Positions 19,201 through 30,234 of a stretch of DNA of 64,000 nucleotides are shown here, piece after piece (the stretch's first letter is position 1; each line of letters opens with the position of its first letter). The notes beneath the pieces were generated by a model, which worked only from the letters and a program-made list of their open reading frames with translations, searched no databases and had not been told where the DNA came from. The position numbers were made by a program, and so were the translations under genes. The DNA is from Phoronis australis. Taxonomy: Eukaryota; Animalia; Phoronida. The stretch is taken from NCBI GenBank assembly GCA_002633005.1, contig NMRA01000474.1, positions 124,001-188,000 of the forward strand, in the 5' to 3' direction.

Positions 19201-22200
19201 ACTGCATTCTACTGTCAACCTCCTGCCGCCAACTCCATTGCTACGTGACAAATCTCCGGCGTATTTAAAATTTGATCATTATACTGTGATTGGAGATAGC
19301 GAATGTCCATAATCCAGTTGGAAATGAATTAAAGGCATAAATGTATTATATTTTGTCATTTTTTTACCTTCAAATTGACCACAGGTGGTTTAAAATTTGC
19401 TGTTCATTCACCAGTGTCCATTTTAGCAATCTCTGTGTCTTCCTGCAGTAATCAAAATCATGTACAAACTTGATATCTCCGCACGTGACCCCTCTGATAA
19501 TCATTTCAGGTACAGTCACTATGTGGTCTCCAAACGTCAAAGAGCCTCTAGTCAAAATGCTGTGTCATGGTGGGGGAACGCGATCAATAGACGTTGACAA
19601 AACTGGACAGTAAGTCTCCTTTTAAGACGGCTCCCTTCTGACCAACTATTACACTTTAAATGGTTTGATGTCTGGGTTTAATTGCTACCATGAGAGCCTA
19701 TTTTGATCTTTTAGAACATACCTCTTGTATACACTGGACACTATGTGTAATGAAGGGAGAACAGAGCATGCCATTACATCGCTTTATAAAATTTCTGGAA
19801 GCCTTCCGCAATTCTCAATCTGGCCAATTGGTGTCGCGCATGTCAATCGTAGTGCTTGGCTGCTGCTTGACCTTCAATCGGCGTATTCATTGTCTGACCC
19901 CGACCGAATGTCAAGCAGCAGCCAGTCGCGCACGTCACATAGTGACGAGATTGTGAACCTCACCGGACTTCTGAGGATTCTATATTGTGATGCAATGTCG
20001 TACAATGTACGTGATGTGTACTAGATGTATGTTACAAATGATTGAAATAAGCTCACATGGTTGATACGTGCTGTACACTCATCATGTTACTAGAGTTGGT
20101 TTTGGAGTAATGGGGTTAAAGTGAAAATGGTTAAGGGGTTCAGATGTGCACAAAGACATGAAATGCGTTAAAATGGCAAACATTCACAGTTTTTGGTACA
20201 TCCTTGGGTATGCAGCAAAAAAATGTGTGGTTTTGACAATCTCACGTGATCATTTGTGAGCATTTTCCTGGTGCACGACTGGACTTGTGATTAGCAGTCA
20301 TTGCCATATTGGGATTAGCGAAGCATTGAAGAATCAAATAATCAGAAAAAATTGGACCATTTGCAAGAGCTTTTATTAGTGGGTGCTTTAAATGGATTGT
20401 GTGCTTGAACAGTTGGATGTAGTCGTTTTTATTTGTGTTTTCACATCTGGTCATGCTTGGTCCACAATAGTGTGACATCCAGCCTCTGTTAGCATTGAGG
20501 TCTGGTGAACATATCTGACATCTGGTTCCTGATTGGTCAATCATTGATGAGGTCTACTGGTGTATATAGAACACTGAACATGAAGAGCATAATCAAAAGG
20601 AAAAATGCAAATTGCCATCACCATGCCCAATGCTCACAATGTCACCAGTGTAGAACACATTGTTTTGATTTACAGTACAACTGTGCTTCTAGTTTGGTAT
20701 CCCGCAAGGGTTATTCAAAAAGCAATACCATGCAATTGAAATCACTGAGCAGTAATTGAATGAATATTTGTCCCAGGAAATAAAATGACTGGAAATGAGA
20801 GAAATAAGACTGAATTTGAAATGTTGACGTATGCAAACAAATCAGAGTACGGTAAAAATATGACCAAATGGCCTTGTTTTTGAGTTGTTCACCAGACTCT
20901 AATATCAATAGAGATTGGATGTGAGACTAGCTCCACTAAATCTACCCTTATGCATTTTGCTTGCACTATTAGGTATATGGCTACCTCTGGGATTGATCGG
21001 ACATTAAAGATCTGGGACCTGCGAACATATAAGATGCTACAAAGCTACAAGATTGGTGCTGGTGCCGGGGAGCTCAGCTTCAGTCAGCGTGGTCTACTGG
21101 CAGCTAGCTTGGGGAATACTGTTGAGGTATAAAATTTTGCACACAAGGCAGATTTGACGTGACAGAAGATGGTGATTAGAAGTTATCGTTGTTCCAGTTG
21201 TGATTAGATTTGTAGAAATATATTGTAATACGAGTCTGACCACTGTTACTCCAAAAAATCTGTCAGAAAACCAGTGGGGTGCTCACGCTGCAGGTATTTA
21301 TCAGAATAGGGTGTGGTCACGGGCAGTTTGTGCTAGTATAGTTTGTTAGTAGTGTTTCAACTGCATTGTAGGGTGACCTGCGCAATTTGCAGTGTTGTTT
21401 TTTAACATTTTTTATCCATATAATGATTGAATACCGGACTCAATTTTTACAGTTTTTAAAAAATAACGAATATCTAATTATGAATTAGGACACTTTATGA
21501 CGTATTCTCCTTGAAGAGAGACGTAGTATCATTGAGTGTGTTATTTCCTGCCTAGGTGTATAAAGACTGCGTAACCGAGACAATGACCTCACCATATATG
21601 TCTCATAAGTGCCGTGAACCCATCTCTGGTCTACAGTTCTGTCCATATGAAGATGTCTTAGGCGTCACTCATGGCAAGGGCTTAGACAGCCTTCTCATTC
21701 CTGGTGAGTGATAGATGGGTGAAGGTCCGCCCCCCCCCCNTGGTTAGGCATGGCGAGGGTGTTAACACCCTGCTCATTTGTTGTGATTGATTGATTGGCA
21801 ATACATATCTAGCTTTTTTGGGGGGCATTCACACCTAGCTCATTCCTGGTGAGTGATTGACGAGTGAAGGTCTGCCCATGTACATATATGGGGGTTTTGA
21901 CAGAGGGTATGGCAAGGCCATTGACAACCCGCTGATTCTTGGTGATGGATAGATTGATTGGAGAAGATCCTACCGTATCCTTTAGATATATGGTGTTTGT
22001 GGTTTAGACACGGGTTTCATACCCTGTTCATTCCTTGTGATTGACATTTGAAGTATAGCTTTAATTTGCCTTGATACATATATGGTGTTGTTTGGGCATC
22101 ACATGTGATAGAGATGTTGCTGAGTGATTGATTGGTGAGGCTCCACCCCAGTCAATGTTAGCACATGACACGTTAGCGAGTATTCTTTATTTGGTTTTGG

Positions 22201-24883
22201 AACGCCAACTGGACCTAAACGTTCAAATTTATTATTCACCTTGGTGTAGTTTGTTCAATATGTTCATTCTCCTTTCAGGTGCCGGCGAGTCTAACTATGA
22301 CGCTCTTGCGGCCAATCCGTACCAAACCAAGTCCCAGCGAAGACAAGCTGAGGTCAAGATGCTGTTGGAAAAGGTCAGGTCATTGGTTAGGTCACAAGTC
22401 ATAATATAAATAAAAAGATTGGATAAATACAACACTGGGTTCACAAGAGAGCTTGTTGATCTTTTGCCACCATTTTTCATCATTAACAACTTGCAGTGTC
22501 TCAAGTCGCTCGTTATACCATAAAGGTGTGTTCTGCCACAATATTACAATGTTTTGTTACAGGTGAAAACCCGTGTTTCAGACTTGTTTTCAGATTTGTC
22601 TGCTTTGATTGACAATTTTTTNATGGGGGTTTTGACAGAGGGTATGTTAAGGCCATTCACACCCCGCTGATTCTTGGTGATGGATAGATTGATTGGAGAA
22701 GGTCCCACCGTATCCTTTAGATATATGGTGTTTGTGGTTTAGATACGGGTTTCGTACTCTGTTCATTCCTTGTAAGTGATTGACATTTGAAGTATAGCTT
22801 TTGCCCTGATACATATATGTTGTTGTTGTTTGGGCATCACATGTGATAGGGATGTGGCAGAGTGATTGATTGGTGAGGCTCCACCCCATCAATGTTAGCA
22901 ACTCAAACACATGACACGTTAGCGAGTATTCTTTATTTGGTTTTGGAACGCCAACTGGACCTAAACGTTCAAATTTATTATTCACCTTGGTGTAGTTTGT
23001 TCAACATGTTCATTCTCCTTTCAGGTGCCGGGGAGTCTAACTATGACGCTCTGGCGGACAATCCGTACCAAACCAAGTCCCAGCGAAGACAAGCTGAGGT
23101 CAAGATGCTGTTGGAAAAGGTCAGGTCATTGGTTAGGTCACAAGTCATAATATAAATAAAAAGATTGGATAAATACAACACTGGGTTCACAAGAGAGCTT
23201 GTTGATCTTTTGCCACCATTTTTCATCATTAACAACTTGCAGTGTCTCAAGTCGCTCGTTATACCATAAAGGTGTGTTCTGCCACAATATTACAATGTTT
23301 TGTTACAGGTGAAAACTCTTGTTTCAGACTTGTTTTCAGATTTGTCTGCTTTGATTGACAATTTTTTTGTGTTTTACAGCAAACAAAACGAGCATCATTT
23401 AACAGGGAATTCACACTTGTCTGGTTTCAAAAGTTTTACACAATTTTATCATTGCCTCACCACAGTTGGAAAAGGTGGGGTCTTATGGGTGTTAAGGCAA
23501 ATGGCTTCGGGTCATAAATAATAAAAGTTGTATCAGTCGTTCTCGCTTTAGACTTAGATCTGTCATTCTTTTCCTCTTGTTGATGTGTTGAAACAAGTTG
23601 CTCTGAATGAGAGTTGTAATGTAGTGCGTTTATTTTAATTGAATTTCAATGCGCTCACAGATCCAACCAGACTTGATAAGCCTTGACAGTGGAATGCTGG
23701 GAAAGATCGACACAAAGACATTGCAAGAAACGATAGAAGAAAAGAATAGACTACTGGTAAGTCAAGCTCCACTTTGTACAGTCATACATTATACTTTAAG
23801 GTCGCTATACGCCAATCTTCTATCAAAGAAGTCTATTGTTTTGATATAGGCCACTTACTATTATAAACTTGTTCATTACTCGGCTTAGATGTTTTTGACT
23901 CAGTAACAACTGACTGTTCATAATTGCTTGAGGGTGTGCTGAGCATAATAATGGGCCATGCTGTTGAGCCTGGCCACAAGTAAAAGCAAAGTGACAGTTG
24001 ACCCTAAGACATGAAATTGGTTCTAACCAGGGGAAGGAATGAAGTGAGACAAGGTTTACAGTAAGTGACCTCCATCAGAAGTCGATGTTTTTGATCGATG
24101 GGATTTTATTATCAACCTTGGTGAACTTAACTGCGTTCATCAAGTAACTTTTCAAGTGTTCACATTTAACGTTATATAACATGAAACGGTGTTTTTCCCC
24201 TATCTCATGACCATTGTTTCCTGAAAGTGTTATTTTTTGCTATGAACGTGAATATCTGAAAGAATGATCAAAGCTGCCAAAATCATTGAAAGGCCTAAAA
24301 ATAACAATATTAAGGTATCAATGTAAAGTAAGTGACAGATTTATTATTTTATCCAATCTTTTAATATTGCATTCAATTGAAAAATATGTGAAGATTGACA
24401 AATCCTTTTTGTAAGATGTGGTAACGTTATCGTGCATGTTTACCAGATGTGGTAGTATTCCTGCCCCAAATATGACATTTTGTTCCGTTTTGCCAAACAT
24501 GGTAGTACTCCCATCCATATTTACCAAATCGAGTAGCATTCCCAAGCGTATTACCACATATGGTAACATTGCTGTCCACAAGCCCAAATATGGTAACAGT
24601 CTAGTACACATTCCCAGTTATGGCAACATTGTCTTCCATATTCCCAACCACATTACAGTTCCTTAAGCCACAGAAGGTGGAATTTGAGCCGAAATACAAG
24701 AAAAAGGGGCGGAGCAAAGCGGGCAGGGTGGAGAAACGCAAGCAAGGCGTCCAGTTAGAAAGTAAACGTGAATACATACGGGAAATGATGGAACTGAAGC
24801 AGCAACAGGAAGGCAGCAAGAAGGATGGACAATCAAAGAAACCCAAGAGTGTGTTAGACAGGTTTAAGAGGACTGACAGCTAG
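10207..24883 (+). CDS. WDR46: WD repeat-containing protein 46 (UTP7/BING4; SSU processome component), 15 coding exons, ~625 aa
   Basis: Exons: 10207-10233 (MDGEAAGFM; least certain), 12424-12723, 13329-13406, 14285-14397, 14698-14785, 15286-15347, 16271-16375, 17159-17301, 18283-18426, 19510-19609, 20973-21126, 21556-21703, one of 22279-22373 or 23025-23119, 23661-23756, 24659-24883 (TAG). All GT-AG and in phase; total 1878 nt. Motifs: [93 protein letters not shown]...NPYQ...QR..EVK.LLEK (BING4CT), C-terminal SVLDRFK. Confidence 0.96.
10429..11110. repeat. Two diverged direct copies of a transposon left end (~10429-10665 and ~10719-11110) in WDR46 intron 1
   Basis: Both start with cac(a/g)gcgtcctcagcttc(t/c)gatcgtccccaatacact. 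They share later blocks: taaatttacacaaa.agaggttcaacaaacca, gagttacg, gagtta.cga...cgtgacttt and gcaatt..cgtt. Confidence 0.7.
13207..13266. repeat. 16-bp tandem repeat (tttttagtacatcgac) x ~3.5
   Basis: Read directly; cgac recurs at 13221, 13237 and 13253. Confidence 0.9.
16465..16697. mobile_element. MITE-like element with 24-bp inverted repeats
   Basis: acttctggaactcactgtaaaata (16465-16488) and tattttacagtaagttccagaagt (16674-16697) are reverse complements at 23 of 24 positions. Confidence 0.6.
17001..17100. mobile_element. Palindromic ~104-bp MITE family, diverged copy 1
   Basis: agtcacttacag...ttgagaaccagttt...aaactggttctcaa...ggctat; homologous to the copies at 35564, 44197 and 58249. 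Confidence 0.7.
17679..17750. repeat. 23-bp tandem repeat (ttcagagtgtcacctttgacctg/a) x 3
   Basis: Read directly. Confidence 0.85.
21662..22150 (+). repeat. Degenerate minisatellite derived from the 3' end of WDR46 exon 12 and its splice donor
   Basis: The exon end catggcaagggcttagacagccttctcattcctg|gtgagtga...tgaaggtc is echoed about 5 times downstream. ctcattcctggtgagtga is repeated exactly at 21839-21856. Confidence 0.7.
21888..23368 (+). repeat. ~740-bp tandem duplication containing WDR46 exon 13 (copy A 21888-22621, copy B 22623-23368), joined at a single N
   Basis: Near-identical copies with scattered substitutions and small indels. The exon copies encode YDALAANPY and [10 protein letters not shown] at 22622. 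Confidence 0.9.
24415..24650. repeat. Degenerate 30-bp minisatellite immediately upstream of the last WDR46 acceptor
   Basis: Units include atatggtaacattgctgtccacaagcccaa, atatggtaacagtctagtacacattcccag and ttatggcaacattgtcttccatattcccaa. Confidence 0.7.
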
Positions 24884-24957
24884 TGAAAGTGATCGACAGC
24901 TAGTGAAAGTGATTGACAGCTAGTGAAAATGATCAACAGCTAGTGAAAATGATTGAA
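24875..24957 (+). repeat. 20-bp tandem repeat (gacagctagtgaaa(g/a)tgat(c/t)) x 4, overlapping the WDR46 stop codon
   Basis: The first unit contains the final codons GAC AGC TAG. Confidence 0.9.
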
Positions 24958-27900
24958 CCATAAGGCTACCATCTTGTTCATGGTTTTGAGTAAAGATCAA
25001 ATCAAGTATGAAGTCAGTAACGGAATAATTTTAATATTTTATTTAAAAATGTTCAGGACAGTTCATAACATAATTGTCTTCTACACAAAAGAGTTCAAAT
25101 CCTCTGGGTGTCAGTGCGATACTTTACAGATGAGGTCGCGGTCAATTCTGGAGCTTCTCATTCAACAATATCGTGACAAAGTACAAAACTTTTCAATGAT
25201 ACAATGACAACATGTAGAGCTTAACTTCACTCTCTGTAGCGTGCTTTATAAAATGTTATTGAATTTTGATACAAGCCACCTTGCTTGAGGCAGTGCTTAA
25301 ACTGAGGACGAAGCCGTGAGGCGATGTAGTCACAAAGTTACTCTAACTTGTAATTTGATGGTCATAATTAACATTGTATTTGGTGAAACCATTTTGCTCA
25401 ATATCCATTGAAAGTGTTTACTAGAGTAAAGTACTAGGATATTTTTGCTCAAAACTGTTGTAGAAGCGACACTATCTTGCAGGTCACGACTAAGTGCACC
25501 CCTGAGCTTTACTGTAAATTTACATCAGTTCAAGTAATTGTCTTTTCCTATTTCAATATTAATAGTGTTGCCAAGATGCTTCAAACATACAGTGCGCCAC
25601 ACTGTGGCAAATAAAGTGACTAGATATCGGTTATAGTCTTATAACCAGACTCTACTCAAGCAGAGCTGGGACAATTAAAATGCTGAAACGAGGTTCACTG
25701 GACCAGAAATCTACCGGTGCACCGCATTGTCCAATACACAGGTTTCTTGGTGGGCATTTCCCTGTCATTTGCATAATTCACTTATCCTATCCTTTCATAC
25801 CCGTATAAGTGCCCCAAAGCAATTGTCAAAAACTAAGTAAAATCAAGGCTCCCTCTGAAGAATATTGCGCGATCCACATTTCTTGCAAGTTTGACTATAT
25901 CCTGCTAGATCCTGCTATTGAACACACAGATCTGTAGTTACTCGCGCATGTGGACTCGCCAAACTGGCATATAGGTTTACAGACGACAGCCAAGGGACTC
26001 CGCCGTTAATTAATCCCATTCACAGTCTAAAGGAGACTTTTTCAAAGTGATGGAGGATGCCGTTACATTGAATCTTCACATATTACAATGGCCACCTTGA
26101 AAGAAACATCTAAATCATTTGAAAGGACAACAACTCGGTACAGATACCAAATGCTATTTTCAAGGGCATTTTCCTGAGCTAAAATATAAATTAAAGCAAC
26201 CCCTGAAAACATTCTAGGGAGAATGTGGTACTTGTAACCATAAATTACAATTGAAAACAATCTTACTAACAAAATACTTAATAACTTAGGAAAATATGAC
26301 GTATCAGAGCAGTGCCTTTTGGGATCAGATCTCTCGTCCAGTGAACCGCATTTCCAATACCTGCATCATACCATTAATTGCAAGAATACGAAGTTACATG
26401 GAAGATACATATGGGATGCCCGTAATTCTACAACATCCTTCTGTCACCCTGGAATGTGGCATCGGTCAATGTTGCCATACAGTGTCGGTGATGCATGGAA
26501 TCCAATTGTGGGAGTTGAACTGGAGGGTGGCAGAGACTCTCTAAAGGTCGCTTTCACATGAAAGTAAACCCCATGCCCTCCGCGATTTGAGGTGTCAGAA
26601 GTGATTACCTGATTAAGTCATACAGGAGCAATGCACATCGTTGATAAGTATGTGTCGAGTGCATCACAAACTACCAAGACACGAGAAAAGATCATTATTT
26701 CAAGCATTCCCACTAGAGGGAGCAGCATTACTCACATTAATTGTACCAACATTGATGAATGGGCCCATTCCCAAGCAAAAACTTTTGACTTTTAACGGGA
26801 TTTTCTAAAGAGTTTGGAGTATAATTTTGCTTTAATTAATCGCCCCACCAAGGTGCAATATTGATCTGATTTATCATGAAATCAGCAAGTGTCATCGAAA
26901 CTTTTGATAGGAACATATCCACCAAATTTCGTAGAGGTCAATCAACAATGTAAGTGCAAAAGAAATCTTCAGTTGGCACCAGGAGATGGACAAGCTCAGG
27001 TTCAATAATCGATGCCAGGCCGGAACTAAATTGCCAAATTTCACGGTGACTCTTGGCCAATAGTAACAAATGTGAAAATGCGTGATCCATCACCCCATTC
27101 AACAGAAAGACGAGGGGAACCTTACAAATGGACACGTACGTTTTGAAACCAACACTTGGGAGGCTCAGCAAAAGTTTGATTCATCTAAAAATAGCCAGGC
27201 GTTGCCATCTAATGGAAACATATCTGCCACATTTTGTCAAAATCCATCGAGCAATTTTTAGAAAGGCGGACTCAAAAATTTAAATTCCATTACCAACCAC
27301 CACAGTCATTGGATCTGCCCAAAATTTGGCAAGAGCAGCCCTCTTCGTAACAGGAACTGGCATATTATAAATATTCAAGAAGATCCAATCATTTTACACG
27401 ACTCCCTAATCCATTCATCCACGACACTGAGAACAAACCAATTAGCGGACACTCCGGGTGGCAAGGGTACACTATACTTGCATATTCATACACTTCACAA
27501 TACATGTACTATTTACAGTGTGTTCGACGACACTTAACCTCTCAAATAAATAAAAATTACATTGCTACTACAATACAAAACATGCTCGCACCACGTGACG
27601 TAAATATTTCTCTTTTATGATGGACTTTTCAAACTGGATCACCAATAAGTGATGTTACATAACATTAACAGACATTTTCTCAATGATTAAATATTTTCAT
27701 ATTTTTAAAAATCACATACAGGACCTGAAAATTTCATGGCGTCCTTTTCAGTACCCAATAAAGGAATTTTGTGACGGCTATTTGCATGACCAGTCTATGC
27801 AAACTATAGCTGACCAGACTTTAACTTTCAATTTACAATAGATTCACATAACAGACATAGCTTTACATAAAATGGTATTTCAAAATAAGATTTAGAAAAA

Positions 27901-30234
27901 ACATGGCAGCACATTCTCATACACGTAAATATCGGTGATCGACAGACGGCATTGCGAGAATAGCTTCTGTGTATTCCTTGAGGTCATTTTTCCTGCACGA
28001 GTCTCGGCACGTCGCACATTCTTCAAATTCATTTTGGCTTCAGACCAACCCAATGACAGTAATAGGAAATCTACACTTTAAGAAATTCCTTTGTTAAAAG
28101 TGAACTCCACTTGCATATAAAAATCGACTAACACACCAAACATTGCTGTTGACATCAAAACCCTTGCATTCAACTAACAGCAAACGTATGGCATTTCAAG
28201 GTTTTGTTTCCAGGTTTACACTCTGCGGCACCCATTTTATATTTCATTGAAAAGTTAAGGGCAACTTTTCCTATACACTGCCAGATATTAACAGCTAATA
28301 GCTGTATATCATTGTTCTCAGTTAATCTTAAGTCGATTATTATCCATGCAATTTATGTCTTTGGCAACCAGTTAATCTAATTTGGAGGCTGAAAAAACCT
28401 GGAAACTACTTTTCAGTTACGGTAAAAATTCTCTAATTCGTGACAGTTAAAAGAATTTGAGACACAAAAACTCGCCGAAAAAATTAAATATTCCTGATTC
28501 TGGTAATTGTGACAAGGGCAATTTTCGCATTTACCCATATTTTTCAAATTTCAATCTACCGAGTGGGTAACTTTGCTATCTTTCCAGTGATTCTGGAATT
28601 TGGGACGGCCAATATGGACTACTTCTAAAATTTAGGATAAGATTCGACATTAAGCAGCGAATCAATTTTTCATCGTTCCAAATTGAAGAATGTTTACCGT
28701 ACTTCGTTCCTGTACCTTTCGACACTGTTTCATCACCTCTTACAGTGAGTGTGCACACATACACCTAACATTTAGGTTCTATTGACAGCAATATTAATAA
28801 AACGACTGCCAGTTTCAAGATAACAAATATAATGTGTATTACACACAGAGTTGCTACTGGACAGGTCCCTCAGTCAGAATATGGGTGACAAATTCCTGCC
28901 ATGTAACAAAATTTACCGTAAACGTTAACTAGAGCTAAATGAACGACATTAATTCTCGCTAGACAGTTGACAATCCTGAGGTAAATAACACAGAACACCC
29001 GATTTACAAGATGGAAGAATTTCAGGGAAGAAATCAACAACTTGTGAACGCATTGTCTCCAAATAAACGGTGGCAGTCAGAGACAGTTAAGGCCAAAAAC
29101 CTTGCCTGTGCATGTTGAAAGGGGCGGGGCCATAACCATGCAAGGCACCATTGACCCCACAATATGTCACTACTTGACAGGAGGCGGAACAATCTAGTCC
29201 CGGGCAAGATGACGAAACCCACATGCCATTATTGTGTCTACTATTAACCTACCACAGCTTAGCCTTACAACCAAAGCTATTTCCTATGTGTTGCAAAAAC
29301 CCAAGGAAACCTCAGTGATAAAAGAATAGCAACAAATCATTTCTTCATAATGCCAATAAGTCCACTTACAATCCCGTGATGAAGGCTAAAGTTACACGTG
29401 GCCTTTCTCAGAGCTATCTCAAACGAGAATTGTCCAACATAAAAGAATCCATCGAAATTCAGACACCAACGAAAATATCAACTGCTTTTACCACTTCAGC
29501 CAAACTGAGAAATGGAAAGCCACACAAATGAACAATAAAGCTATTTGATGTCACAAAATTTCAGAACATTCTAGAACAACTTTTCCATTGCTATTAACTA
29601 GAAGTAAAGAGATGTTATGTGGCTCTAAGTCGAGTAGCGTGCCATCGAAATTTCAAATGAACCACTCTATCGCTGGATACTTAACATCTCAGGACAGGGC
29701 ACACAAGTACTTGCCTGTCCAATTTTGGAAGGACACGTTGTGAGCTCCCAGAATCAACACTGTACGTCAATAAAAGTGTGCACAACATACAATCCTCTCC
29801 TCTCAGCTGCCCGTCTTCTCCTCTTGTAACAAAAATAAAACCATCTTCGACAACTTTTGATTTCGTCAGTTGTATACAACACACGACATCCTACAATATC
29901 ATTACTACTGATAGAATATTGGTAAACGCCCATTGTGGTGCAGTGTTCAATAATTGCACGTGTTTCCCATAGGGGAAATATGTCTAAATGACTTGACACT
30001 GTCGCTTCGTGAAGCGTTCTTCACTTTAAGACCCGTAAAATTCCAAACAACATGAGGTACTTTTCTCAAGCTGATGTACTTCAATTTTTTTCGCAATTTG
30101 ACCTCCCACCTAAATGTGCATCACGTGACTCCAACGCGGTCAATTACAACAGTTTCCGTGACCGTTTCTTTGCCGTTGGTGAAATGTCCGTCCAACAAAC
30201 GACACATGCTGGTTAAATGGTGCAATATCGAACG

